A stretch of DNA of 64,000 bases from Escherichia coli phage Wa28, in sequence record LC788710.1. One strand, written 5' to 3'. A program made the translations under genes and the position numbers. Below, one piece after another: positions 52,313 through 62,259 of this stretch. The notes beneath the pieces were generated by a model. It was not told the origin of the DNA. It did no database searches and worked only from the letters and a program-made list of their open reading frames with translations. Each line of letters starts with the position of its first letter. The stretch's first letter is position 1.

Positions 52313-53199
52313 GTAGAATAACAGAACTACTTGATCTGAAAGGCATTGAATACAAAGACACAGGTGGGGACATCCTCATCTGTTGTCTCAATCCAGATCA
52401 TGATGATAAACACCCAAGTTTGCGTATTGATCCTGAATCAGGTATTATGCATTGCTTGAGCTGTGGCTTCGGTAGAGGAATACCGAGCATTTACCATTAT
52501 TTTAATGAGACTCAGTACAGACAGTCACCAAGATTGTCACAAGTACGTAAAAAGATTTCAGAGATTAGGAATGGATCTACGAATCTTGCAATTCCTGAAT
52601 CTGCTTACCTTTTCGAAGGTGATTTCCGAGGTATCAGTTCTAAGACCTTGAAGAAATATTTTGCTTTCCAACATCAAGCAGATTGGGAAGGCAGAATTGT
52701 ATTCCCAATAACAGATGCTGTTGGACGCAATATCCTATTCTTGGGACGTTCTATAAACAGTTCTGCCCCTCCTAAATACTTAGTAAAACCAAAACAAGTT
52801 TCACCACCGATTTTCCCTGTACGATATAATACACCAGTCCTTGTTCTAGTTGAAGGTATCTTTGATATGTTGAATCTAGAAGATAATGGTGTGGATTATG
52901 CTTCTTGCTGCTTTGGTACGCATCAGTTCACCTCTGATAATATTGCAGATAAGTTCAGTCCTTACATTATTGCTGGAGTAAGAGTAGTTGTTATCTTACT
53001 AGATAACGATGCTTCTGGTAATAAAGCTGCACAAGCATTGGCGAAGCTAATTCGTACAAAAACGCGTTTAACACCTGTAGTTGGTAACTTCCTTCTTCCA
53101 GAAGGTAAAGACCCAGGTGATTTAAATAAAGAAGAGATCGATATGTTGGCTCAACGTATTGAAATTTTAGTTGCCGAATCGCTAAAAGATTTGGTATAA
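52309..53199 (+). CDS. DNA primase (zinc-binding plus TOPRIM-like)
   Basis: 296 aa; N-terminal CLNPDHDDKHPS...HCLSCG zinc motif. Confidence 0.7.
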   Translation: MSRITELLDLKGIEYKDTGGDILICCLNPDHDDKHPSLRIDPESGIMHCLSCGFGRGIPSIYHYFNETQYRQSPRLSQVRKKISEIRNGSTNLAIPESAYLFEGDFRGISSKTLKKYFAFQHQADWEGRIVFPITDAVGRNILFLGRSINSSAPPKYLVKPKQVSPPIFPVRYNTPVLVLVEGIFDMLNLEDNGVDYASCCFGTHQFTSDNIADKFSPYIIAGVRVVVILLDNDASGNKAAQALAKLIRTKTRLTPVVGNFLLPEGKDPGDLNKEEIDMLAQRIEILVAESLKDLV

Positions 53200-53200
53200 T
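53171..53200 (+). promoter_or_regulatory. promoter with extended -10 (TGGTATAAT) overlapping primase stop
   Basis: TTGCCG ... TGGTATAAT; followed by a 9-bp hairpin and SD AAAGGAGA. Confidence 0.5.
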
Positions 53201-53261
53201 ATATTGGTAAGTTAGAGAAGAAACACTGAAGTTATACTTACTTACCAAAAGGAGACTAAAT

Positions 53262-55829
53262 TTGAAAATTGCAGTAGTTGATAAAGCTCTAAATAATACT
53301 CGTTATGATAAACACTTCCAGCTTTACGGTGAGGAAGTTGATGTATTCCATATGTGTAACGAGAAGTTATCTGGTCGTTTGCTGAAAAAGCATATTACAA
53401 TCGGAACTCCAGATAACCCGTTCGATCCGAACGATTACGATTTTGTTGTACTAGTTGGTGCTGAACCTTTCCTGTATTTTGCAGGTAAGAAAGGTATCGG
53501 TGATTATACTGGTAAACGTGTAGAGCATGGCGGTTATGCCAACTGGATTGCAAGTATTAGTCCAGCTCAGCTACACTTTAAGCCTGAAATGAAACCGGTC
53601 TTTGAAGCAACTGTAGAAAGTATTCACGACATTATTAATGGTCGTGAGAAGATTGCAAAAGCCGGTGATTATCGTCCTATTACTGATCCAGATGAAGCTG
53701 AAGAATACATCAAGATGGTGTATAACATGGTTATAGGACCTATCGCATTCGACTCCGAAACCTCAGCTCTGTATGCTCGTGATGGTTATCTTCTAGGTGT
53801 TTCTATGTCTCACCAAGAGTATCAGGGTGTCTATATTGACTCTGACAGCATCACCGAAGTAGCTGTACATTATCTCCAGAAAATTCTGGATAGCAAGAAT
53901 CATCAGATCGTTTTTCATAACTTGAAGTTCGATATGCACTTTTACTCCTATCATCTAGGACTTTCCTTCGAGAAAGCACATAAAGAGCGTAGACTTCATG
54001 ATACCATGTTACAACACTATGTTCTCGATGAACGTCGTGGTACTCACGGCTTGAAATCTCTGGCTATGAAGTATACTGACATGGGCGATTACGACTTTGA
54101 ACTGGATAAGTTCAAGGATGATTATTGCAAAGCACATAAGATCAAGAAAGAAGATTTCAGCTATGATCTGATTCCATTTGATATTATGTGGCCTTATGCT
54201 GCAAAAGATACCGATGCTACTCTGCGTCTGCATAACTTCTTCTTACCGAAAATTGAGAAGAATGAAAAACTTCGCAGTCTATACTATGATGTTCTGATGC
54301 CTGGTTGCGTATTCCTGCAACGTGTTGAAGATCGTGGTGTACCAATTTCTGTTGATCGCTTGAAAGAAGCTCAGTATCAGTTAACTCACAACCTGAACAA
54401 GGCTCGTGAAAAGCTGTATACTTATCCAGAAGTCGTTCAGCTAGAGAAAGATCAGAACGAAGCATTTAACCCGAACTCTGTTAAGCAACTTCGTGTTCTT
54501 CTGTTTGATTATGTTGGTCTGACTCCAACTGGTAAACTGACAGATACAGGTGCAGATTCTACAAACGCAGAAGCTCTGAATGAATTGGCTACTCAGCACC
54601 CGATTGCGAAAACTCTGCTAGAGATTCGTAAGCTGACTAAGCTGATCTCTACTTATGTTGAGAAAATTCTTCTGAGCATCGATGCAGATGGTTGCATTCG
54701 TACCGGTTTCCACGAACACATGACTACTTCTGGTCGTCTGAGTTCTTCTGGTAAGCTAAACCTGCAACAGTTACCACGTGATGAATCTATTATTAAGGGT
54801 TGTGTAGTAGCTCCCCCTGGATATCGTGTAATCGCATGGGACTTAACAACTGCGGAAGTTTATTACGCTGCTGTGCTGTCTGGTGACAGAAACATGCAAC
54901 AAGTATTTATCAACATGAAGAATGAGCCTGATAAATACCCTGACTTCCACTCAAACATCGCACACATGGTATTTAAACTGACCTGTGAACCACGTGATGT
55001 TAAGAAGCTGTTCCCAGCTCTGCGTCAGGCTGCTAAGGCAATTACCTTCGGTATTCTGTATGGTTCTGGCCCAGCTAAAGTAGCTCATTCTGTTAACGAA
55101 GCTCTTCTGGAACAGGCTGCTAAGACAGGCGAACCGTTTGTTGAATGTACCGTTGCAGATGCGAAGGACTATATCGAAACTTACTTCGGTCAGTTCCCTC
55201 AGCTTAAGCGTTGGATTGATAAGTGCCACGATCAGATTAAGAACTTTGGATTCATCTATAGTCACTTTGGTCGTAAGCGTCGTCTGCACAATATCCACTC
55301 CGAAGATCGCGGTGTTCAGGGTGAAGAAATCCGTTCTGGATTTAACGCAATCATTCAGTCTGCATCTTCTGATAGCCTGTTGTTAGGTGCTATTGATGCG
55401 GATGAGGAAATCCTGTCCCTGGGTCTAGGAAAAGAGATGAAGATCGTCATGTTGGTTCACGACTCCGTGGTTGCTATTGTACGTGAAGATCTGATTGATC
55501 AATATAACGAGATTCTGATTCGTAACATCCAGAAGGATCGTGGTATTAGTATCCCTGGCTGCCCAATCGGTATTGATTCTGATTCTGAGAAAGGTGGTTC
55601 TCGTGACTACTCTTGTGGTAAGATGAAGAAACAGCACCCATCAATCGCTTGTATTGATGATGATGAGTATACTCGTTATGTTAAGGGTGTATTACTCGAT
55701 GCAGATTTCGAGTATAAGAAGTTAGCTGCAATGGATAAAGAGCATCCAGACCACAGCAAGTACAAGGATGATAAGTTTATTGCTGTATGTAAAGATCTGG
55801 ATAATGTGAAAAGGATTTTAGGTGCTTGA
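53262..55829 (+). CDS. DNA polymerase, family A (T5-type), TTG start
   Basis: 855 aa; Pol A motif B RQAAKAITFGILYGSG; 3'-5' exonuclease region; matches size of T5 DNA polymerase. Confidence 0.9.
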   Translation: MKIAVVDKALNNTRYDKHFQLYGEEVDVFHMCNEKLSGRLLKKHITIGTPDNPFDPNDYDFVVLVGAEPFLYFAGKKGIGDYTGKRVEHGGYANWIASISPAQLHFKPEMKPVFEATVESIHDIINGREKIAKAGDYRPITDPDEAEEYIKMVYNMVIGPIAFDSETSALYARDGYLLGVSMSHQEYQGVYIDSDSITEVAVHYLQKILDSKNHQIVFHNLKFDMHFYSYHLGLSFEKAHKERRLHDTMLQHYVLDERRGTHGLKSLAMKYTDMGDYDFELDKFKDDYCKAHKIKKEDFSYDLIPFDIMWPYAAKDTDATLRLHNFFLPKIEKNEKLRSLYYDVLMPGCVFLQRVEDRGVPISVDRLKEAQYQLTHNLNKAREKLYTYPEVVQLEKDQNEAFNPNSVKQLRVLLFDYVGLTPTGKLTDTGADSTNAEALNELATQHPIAKTLLEIRKLTKLISTYVEKILLSIDADGCIRTGFHEHMTTSGRLSSSGKLNLQQLPRDESIIKGCVVAPPGYRVIAWDLTTAEVYYAAVLSGDRNMQQVFINMKNEPDKYPDFHSNIAHMVFKLTCEPRDVKKLFPALRQAAKAITFGILYGSGPAKVAHSVNEALLEQAAKTGEPFVECTVADAKDYIETYFGQFPQLKRWIDKCHDQIKNFGFIYSHFGRKRRLHNIHSEDRGVQGEEIRSGFNAIIQSASSDSLLLGAIDADEEILSLGLGKEMKIVMLVHDSVVAIVREDLIDQYNEILIRNIQKDRGISIPGCPIGIDSDSEKGGSRDYSCGKMKKQHPSIACIDDDEYTRYVKGVLLDADFEYKKLAAMDKEHPDHSKYKDDKFIAVCKDLDNVKRILGA

Positions 55830-56319
55830 TTTCAAATTGCCCGTATATGCTTTACGGGCGTTTGTATCAATTGAGCAGGAAGGTGATTATTCCGTAACTA
55901 CAACAAGATATAATAAATATGTGCTAGATAACAGGGAGTTGCCTGGCACATTCTCTCAACGTAGGTTAGCCTTATTTGAGAAGCGGAAAGAATTACCTTA
56001 TAAGCTCTATCCTATTCGTGGTAGAATATCAATGTTGTCCCAATTAGTTGGGTCAAAGCGTAGCCAGTTCATAGATTCTGATGGAAATCTCATTAACTGG
56101 AAGAAAACTACGTTCTATGATGTTATCACGTCTAAAGTTCTGCATTCTGCAAGAATTTATAATGGAAAGTATCAATGCTATGTGGCTAAAGTCCCGTATC
56201 CATTCGTGCTATCCTATGTTCCAGCTTATATAAGCTATATTCTGGTAAATAATAGCCCTGTTATTTACCAAGTCCATCAAGAGGAGCCTGAAATTCCTAG
56301 ACTTAGAATAAAATTATGA
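55822..56319 (+). CDS. hypothetical protein
   Basis: ORF track 165 aa. Confidence 0.5.
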   Translation: MLDFKLPVYALRAFVSIEQEGDYSVTTTRYNKYVLDNRELPGTFSQRRLALFEKRKELPYKLYPIRGRISMLSQLVGSKRSQFIDSDGNLINWKKTTFYDVITSKVLHSARIYNGKYQCYVAKVPYPFVLSYVPAYISYILVNNSPVIYQVHQEEPEIPRLRIKL

Positions 56320-57668
56320 AGGTCATTATATCTAATAAAGCCTATTTCAAGCCCGATGATGAACTCTGGGATTATTGTAGTAAGCAAACCACTTATCACA
56401 TAGAGACAATGACTAGTAAATACCCTATTATGTATAAGAATAGTGGTGTTGTTGCTAAAGAGATTAAGTGGATTCCCATTACGCGTCTGGATTTGCTAGA
56501 TGCTAAGGGAGTAAAATACGAATTAGTTGATAAACGCACGTTAGCTCCTGTAGAAATACCAGAACCTCAGTTCAAGCTACGTGAAGAAGATCAGCTTCCT
56601 ATATATGAAGAGTGCGATGATACCTGTATTATTAATGGTAAGCCTGGATTTGGTAAAACTATCCTAGCTCTAGCTCTTGCATATAAGTTTGGCCAGAAAA
56701 CTCTGGTAATCTGTACCAACACATCCATTCGTGAAATGTGGGCTGCAGAAGTTCGTAAATGGTTTGGATTCGAGCCGGGTATTATAGGTTCTGGGAAGTA
56801 TAATATTGATCCACCAATAGTGGTCAGTAATATACAAACAGTGAACAAACATGCGAATAATCTTTCTAAGGTGTTCGGTACTGTTATAGTTGATGAAGTA
56901 CACCACTGTGTAGCTACAACTTTCACTAATTTCCTAGAGATCTCGTGTGCTCGCTACAAGATTGGTTTATCAGGTACGTTAAAGCGTAAAGACGGCCTAC
57001 AAGTTATGTTCAAAGATTTCTTTGGATATAAGATCTTTAGTCCGCCTGTTAATAACACTGTTCCACCCACAATCCATAGGTACTCCGTGCCTGTTGAGTT
57101 ATCAGGAAACCAGAACGTACCGTGGGCATTACGTGCTAACGATGTGTATAATCATCCTGAATATCGAGAGACTATTATAAATCTAGCTCATTTATATGTG
57201 TCCATGGGGCATAAGGTTCTCTTTGTAAGTGATAGAACAGAACTAATTCAAACAATACTAGAAGCTCTCGCACAACGTGGTGTTACAACCTATGAGATTA
57301 TAGGTGCAACTCCTTTGGATGATCGATTGAGAATCCAGAAAGATGTAGCGGAGGGCGGACCTTGTGTACTTGCAGCAGCTCAGAGTATCTTCTCAGAAGG
57401 TATTTCTCTTAACGAGCTATCTTGTTTAATAATGGGAAGTCTCATTAATAATGAATCTCTCATAGAACAGCTAGCAGGTCGCGTTCAACGTATTGTTGAC
57501 GGAAAACTAGATCCGATTGTTGTAGATTTAATTATGAAAGGAGGTACTGGTTTAAGACAGGCTTCTGGACGTATGGCCGTGTATCGCAATAATGCATGGA
57601 AAACTATTACTATGACTCCGGAGAAAGCAGTACAATTAGCTAAAATTGCATTTGGCAACTGCTCATAA
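56316..57668 (+). CDS. SF2 DEAD/DEAH-box helicase
   Basis: 450 aa; Walker A GKPGFGKT and Walker B VIVDEVHH. Confidence 0.75.
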   Translation: MKVIISNKAYFKPDDELWDYCSKQTTYHIETMTSKYPIMYKNSGVVAKEIKWIPITRLDLLDAKGVKYELVDKRTLAPVEIPEPQFKLREEDQLPIYEECDDTCIINGKPGFGKTILALALAYKFGQKTLVICTNTSIREMWAAEVRKWFGFEPGIIGSGKYNIDPPIVVSNIQTVNKHANNLSKVFGTVIVDEVHHCVATTFTNFLEISCARYKIGLSGTLKRKDGLQVMFKDFFGYKIFSPPVNNTVPPTIHRYSVPVELSGNQNVPWALRANDVYNHPEYRETIINLAHLYVSMGHKVLFVSDRTELIQTILEALAQRGVTTYEIIGATPLDDRLRIQKDVAEGGPCVLAAAQSIFSEGISLNELSCLIMGSLINNESLIEQLAGRVQRIVDGKLDPIVVDLIMKGGTGLRQASGRMAVYRNNAWKTITMTPEKAVQLAKIAFGNCS

Positions 57669-57680
57669 TTATTGTATAAT
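57652..57680 (+). promoter_or_regulatory. early promoter (first of tandem pair)
   Basis: TTGGCA-17bp-TATAAT then ATACACATAAATTTGAGAGAG. Confidence 0.55.
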
Positions 57681-57751
57681 ATACACATAAATTTGAGAGA
57701 GAAAGTTTCGGATTGATAAGAAAGTCCGAAGCAGAAAAATAAAAATTGTAC

Positions 57752-57781
57752 TTGTCAAATCCTCCCGATTTAATGTATAAT
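57752..57781 (+). promoter_or_regulatory. early promoter (second of tandem pair)
   Basis: TTGTCA-18bp-TATAAT then ATATACATAAATTGATGAGAG and ATG 57809. Confidence 0.6.
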
Positions 57782-57808
57782 ATATACATAAATTGATGAG
57801 AGACAAAA

Positions 57809-58171
57809 ATGAAATTCTTTGATTACGAGAGAATTTACCTCTTAGCTAAAGGAAACTCCGACCTGATTGTCAAGCTATTTAATAGAATGCTTGCAGAGCC
57901 TGATGCTCACCAACTACTGGTCGGTTCTTCATTCATCTTGAATGAATCAACTATTGTTGATAACCCTTACAAATTGTCTAATAGACAACTGGCAGAATAT
58001 CTAGGAATTCTAAGTCTACGAAATTATGCCGAATATAAGTTTACAAACGATCCGAGTTTGGACATGCAATATGTTCCCGTATGGATACCACGTTCTGTAA
58101 TCGACACTAACCCACTAATTGCAATCAATAAATCGAAGATAATCTTTAAAGAGGAAATAAAATATGGCTAA
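57809..58171 (+). CDS. hypothetical protein
   Basis: ORF track 120 aa. Confidence 0.5.
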   Translation: MKFFDYERIYLLAKGNSDLIVKLFNRMLAEPDAHQLLVGSSFILNESTIVDNPYKLSNRQLAEYLGILSLRNYAEYKFTNDPSLDMQYVPVWIPRSVIDTNPLIAINKSKIIFKEEIKYG

Positions 58172-58937
58172 GTCTTGGGGCGAAACTACTGGCGGTTCTA
58201 ACGATAAAATCGACTTCCTGAAATTCAACAACGGTGTAACTCGTGTTCGTATCGTTTCTGGTGTTCTTCCACGTTATGTATACTGGCTGACTAACAAAGA
58301 TGGTAATGCAGCTCCGTTTGAGTGCCTGCGTTTCAACCGTACTAAAGAGAGCTTCGTTCGCGGTAAAGCTGACCCGATTCACGAAATGGGTTTCTTCGAG
58401 AAAGAGCTGGACAAAGATGGTAATCGTGTTCCGCTGAAACCGAAGAAAAACTACATCGCTTTCGTTATCGACCGTTCTGATAACAAACTGAAAGTTATGG
58501 AAGTTAAAGCTACGATCCTGAAAGGCATCCAGTCTATCATGAAGCAGCTTGAACTGGCAGATCCATTCGATATCGATATTTCTATCGAGAAGAAAGGTAA
58601 AGGCTTCGATACTGAGTACGATGTACAGCAGATCGCAGCAATGCAGTTCCAGATGAAACTGAAAGATCCTACCAGTGCTGAGTCTAAACTGCACGCCGCT
58701 GATGTTGATATCCTCGGTGAAGCTATGTGTGATGATACTGGTGAGTTCATCAAGTTCGAAAAAGTTCCTTCTCTGGAAGAAACCTACCCGGTTCCGTCCT
58801 ATGAAGAGCAGAAAGAAGCTATTCTCGCCTTCATGGAAGGTCGTGAGAAGCAAGAAGGCGGTGACGCTAAGTCTGGTGGAGATGCTGGTTCTCAGAAAGG
58901 CATCGACGCTGAAGCTGCTAGCGATCTGGACGACTAA
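58164..58937 (+). CDS. hypothetical protein with acidic C-terminal tail (possible ssDNA-binding protein), high-expression-like codon usage
   Basis: 257 aa; C-terminal GIDAEAASDLDD tail; sits inside the replication gene block. Confidence 0.45.
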   Translation: MAKSWGETTGGSNDKIDFLKFNNGVTRVRIVSGVLPRYVYWLTNKDGNAAPFECLRFNRTKESFVRGKADPIHEMGFFEKELDKDGNRVPLKPKKNYIAFVIDRSDNKLKVMEVKATILKGIQSIMKQLELADPFDIDISIEKKGKGFDTEYDVQQIAAMQFQMKLKDPTSAESKLHAADVDILGEAMCDDTGEFIKFEKVPSLEETYPVPSYEEQKEAILAFMEGREKQEGGDAKSGGDAGSQKGIDAEAASDLDD

Positions 58938-58944
58938 TAAACCA

Positions 58945-58971
58945 AGGGGAGCTACGGCTCCCTTTCTTTTT
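58945..58971 (+). terminator. rho-independent terminator
   Basis: GGGGAGC-TACG-GCTCCC then TTTCTTTTT. Confidence 0.6.
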
Positions 58972-58976
58972 AACTT

Positions 58977-59954
58977 ATGAGAATACTATTTAGTGCTGAT
59001 CATCATATCAAATTAGGACAAGATAAAGTTCCAAAGGAATGGCAGAAGCGTCGCTTCCTGATGCTAGGAGAACGGTTAAATGACATATTCCATAATCATA
59101 ACTGTGATCTGCATATTGCTGGTGGTGATATTCTTGATGTTGCCGACCCATCGTCGGAAGAAATAGAACTTCTTGAACAGTTCATGTCAAGACTTGACCA
59201 TCCAGGCAAGATCTTCACAGGGAACCATGAAATGTTAACTAAAACTATTTCATGTCTGTATCACTATGCAGGAGTTATTAATAAAGTAACAAACGGAAAT
59301 TGGGAAGTCATTACTAAACCATATCGTTCTCCTGAATTTGATATTGTCCCTTATGATGAGATCCACAAACCAAAGTGGAAACCATCTGAGTCAAAACTAT
59401 GTTTCACGCATGTTCGTGGTGAAATCCCTCCACATGTAAAACCAGAGATTGATCTAACGAGGTATAACTGTTATGACACTGTAATTGCTGGCGATTTACA
59501 TTCTTATACTAATAGTCAAACTGTTGGTTCTACTAGACTTCTTTATCCAGGATCTCCATTAACTACATCGTTCCACAGAGAACGCACAAAAGGTACAAAT
59601 GGTTGTTTTATCATTGATACCGACACATTAAAAGTAGAATGGATTGAACTTGGTGACTTACCACAGCTGATTCGTAAAACAATCGGAGTTGGTGAGGAAA
59701 TGGAGCCTAGTGACTATGACCGTGTAATTTATGAAGTCACTGGTGACGTCGTTCAGTTAAAGTCTATTAAAGATTCCGATCTCCTAGATAAAAAGATTAA
59801 CCATCGAGTTACTAAAGATGCTAAGTTAAATCTTGTCGATCTTGATATGTTAGGCGAGCTTGAGCTTTACTTCCGTGAAGTTGAAAAGCTGTCTCAAGGC
59901 GACATTGATAGAATCTTAGCTAGAGCTGCTAAATATGTCAAAGATTACAATTAA
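58977..59954 (+). CDS. SbcD/Mre11-like metallophosphatase nuclease
   Basis: 325 aa; MRILFSADHH, GDILD, GNHE metallophosphoesterase motifs. Confidence 0.75.
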   Translation: MRILFSADHHIKLGQDKVPKEWQKRRFLMLGERLNDIFHNHNCDLHIAGGDILDVADPSSEEIELLEQFMSRLDHPGKIFTGNHEMLTKTISCLYHYAGVINKVTNGNWEVITKPYRSPEFDIVPYDEIHKPKWKPSESKLCFTHVRGEIPPHVKPEIDLTRYNCYDTVIAGDLHSYTNSQTVGSTRLLYPGSPLTTSFHRERTKGTNGCFIIDTDTLKVEWIELGDLPQLIRKTIGVGEEMEPSDYDRVIYEVTGDVVQLKSIKDSDLLDKKINHRVTKDAKLNLVDLDMLGELELYFREVEKLSQGDIDRILARAAKYVKDYN

Positions 59955-61773
59955 GACACTAAAATTCAGCAACGTCATGTCTTACGGTAAGGATATCGTA
60001 ATTCATTTCGATAAGAATCCAGTTACTCAGTTAATTGGAGGAAATGGTCTAGGGAAGTCCACTATTGCTACTGTTATTGAGGAATTGTTTTATAACAAGA
60101 ACTCACGTGGTATCAAGAAGGACGCCCTATTCTCTTGGGGTTCTCCGAAGAAAGAGTATGATATGCACGCTTACTTCTCGAAAGATGAAGATGAGTATGA
60201 ATTGCATAAAGTAGTTAAATCAACTGCTAAGGTTACGCTGATTAAGAACGGGGAAGATATCAGTGGGCACACAGCAACTCAAACGTACAAGATGATTGAA
60301 GAGATTATGGGTGGTGACTTCCAAACATTCACTAAACTGATCTATCAATCTGTTGGTTCCAATCTAGACTTCCTCAAAGCAACTGATGCAACACGTAAAG
60401 CTTTTCTTGTTAATCTGTTCAATCAGGAACAGTATAAAGAGATGTCAGAAACTATTAAGGCTGATCGTAAAGAAGTGGCAAGTACGTTAAGTAACTTGCA
60501 AGGCCAGATGGCCGTAATTACGAAGATCCTCAATGGAAAAGGTAATCTCGGAAGTTTACAAGAACCAGTTGAAGTTCCAGAGTTTGATGAAGAACCGTTA
60601 GCACAAGAACTTACTGAATCGAAAATTAAGGCGGCATTAGCCAAGTCACAAGAGGCTAATATTACTAAACTCCGTAATTTGGACAAAGCTGTACAAGTTG
60701 CCGAACAATCTTTCGAGCCTTTCAAAAATTTCCCTGCGCCCACTGACCAATCTGAAGAGATCTCAAGTGTTACGCGTGACCTAACGATCGTTACCTCACG
60801 TGCGGGAGAAGTCAAGAAACGTTATCAGAAGTTCAAGCAAGAGGCTTCAAATACTGAATGTCCTACTTGTGGCACTCACCTTGATACAACTGCTGCTCAA
60901 AAAGCCATGGATATGGCTAGAACAGAATATGATCCTCTGTTTAAAGAGAAACAATCTCTTGAAGCTACATTGGAGCAGTTGAAGAAAGAACAAGTCGAGT
61001 ACACTGCGTATACTAGAGCTAAGGATGCTTTGGATAAGGCAGTAGCAGCTAGAGACGAATTCAAAAATTCAATGAGTGATGCTTCTTTTGAAGAACTCAA
61101 TGTGCAAATCCTACAGGTGCAAATCCGACAATTAGAACAGGAAATCGCAGATGGACGTTCTAAAGTTGCAATTGCCAAAGAACATAATGCAAATGTCGAA
61201 TTAGCCAATGCAAAGTATAAAGCGAAACTAGAACAGATTGAGAAAGCTGAGGCAGAAATGTCTGAGATAACGTCCAAACTGGAAGGAGTATCAGAAGCTG
61301 TTGCTGATCTTGATATTCTGATCGCTGCATTGAAAAATCTGGTAGGATATAAACTAGAGCATAGTGTGAAAGTATTTGAGGAATTAATTAATAAATATCT
61401 TTCTATTATGACTGGTGGTAAGTTCGCACTTGGATTTGAACTTGATGAAACTAAATTACAAGTAGTAATCTTCAATGATGGAAATCGTACTAGTATGGAG
61501 AACTGCTCCACTGGTCAGCAAAGTAGAATTAATTTAGCAACTCTGTTAGCTATTCGAATGCTGTTAACATCTATCAGCAAAGTTAATATTAATCTTCTGT
61601 TCCTTGACGAAGTTATTAGCTTTATTGATACGAAAGGACTTGATACTCTCGTTGAATTATTAAATGAGGAAGATAGTCTAAACTCTATCATTGTTTCTCA
61701 TGGGCATACGCATCCATTAGCCCATAAGATTACTGTCAAAAAAGATGCAGAAGGATTTTCCTACTTAGAATAA
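59935..61773 (+). CDS. SbcC/Rad50-like ATPase
   Basis: 612 aa; Walker A GGNGLGKST, central coiled coil with CPTCG hook, C-terminal LLFLDEV. Confidence 0.75.
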   Translation: MSKITIKTLKFSNVMSYGKDIVIHFDKNPVTQLIGGNGLGKSTIATVIEELFYNKNSRGIKKDALFSWGSPKKEYDMHAYFSKDEDEYELHKVVKSTAKVTLIKNGEDISGHTATQTYKMIEEIMGGDFQTFTKLIYQSVGSNLDFLKATDATRKAFLVNLFNQEQYKEMSETIKADRKEVASTLSNLQGQMAVITKILNGKGNLGSLQEPVEVPEFDEEPLAQELTESKIKAALAKSQEANITKLRNLDKAVQVAEQSFEPFKNFPAPTDQSEEISSVTRDLTIVTSRAGEVKKRYQKFKQEASNTECPTCGTHLDTTAAQKAMDMARTEYDPLFKEKQSLEATLEQLKKEQVEYTAYTRAKDALDKAVAARDEFKNSMSDASFEELNVQILQVQIRQLEQEIADGRSKVAIAKEHNANVELANAKYKAKLEQIEKAEAEMSEITSKLEGVSEAVADLDILIAALKNLVGYKLEHSVKVFEELINKYLSIMTGGKFALGFELDETKLQVVIFNDGNRTSMENCSTGQQSRINLATLLAIRMLLTSISKVNINLLFLDEVISFIDTKGLDTLVELLNEEDSLNSIIVSHGHTHPLAHKITVKKDAEGFSYLE

Positions 61774-61776
61774 AAC

Positions 61777-62259
61777 ATGGCCGTAGATAGTAGAGAGAAA
61801 GGTAAACGTGGTGAATATCAGGTAAGAGATATACTGCGTGAACGTACAGGTCTTGAGTGGGAACGTGTTCCAGGCTCTGGTGCTTTTGGCCAGAGCCATG
61901 GACTGAAGGGTGACATCTACCTCCCACCACAAAGCGGACACATTAGTAAATACTGCTTCGAAGTTAAGTGGTATAAAGATGATAACATATCAAGTAATTT
62001 ATTTAACGTTGGTGAATCCACTCTAGAGAAGTGGTGGCAGCAGTGTTCCCGTGAAGGTGAACAGATGAACTCCAAACCAGCCTTAATATTCAAGAAAGAC
62101 AGAGGACAGTGGTTAATTGCTTTGGATAGCTCAGACCCGATGGTTGACAACTTAATGAGTCGTACCCATATGGTGTTAAATAAGAAAGACATGGAAATCG
62201 TAATAGGGTTATTCGAACCGTGGTTACATCACGCATCTGTTGAGGACTTAATTAAATAA
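61777..62259 (+). CDS. putative PD-(D/E)xK nuclease, Hjc-like Holliday junction resolvase
   Basis: 160 aa; GKRGE...GSG...GDIY...EVK pattern. Confidence 0.45.
   Translation: MAVDSREKGKRGEYQVRDILRERTGLEWERVPGSGAFGQSHGLKGDIYLPPQSGHISKYCFEVKWYKDDNISSNLFNVGESTLEKWWQQCSREGEQMNSKPALIFKKDRGQWLIALDSSDPMVDNLMSRTHMVLNKKDMEIVIGLFEPWLHHASVEDLIK

Noticed and set aside
58146-58853. 235-aa minus-strand ORF
   Set aside because: Entirely antisense to the well-supported plus-strand gene 58164-58937; low-complexity product; likely an artefact of codon bias in the sense gene
60897-61511. 204-aa minus-strand ORF inside the SbcC-like gene
   Set aside because: Antisense to a gene with clear Walker motifs; Ser/Ala-rich low-complexity translation
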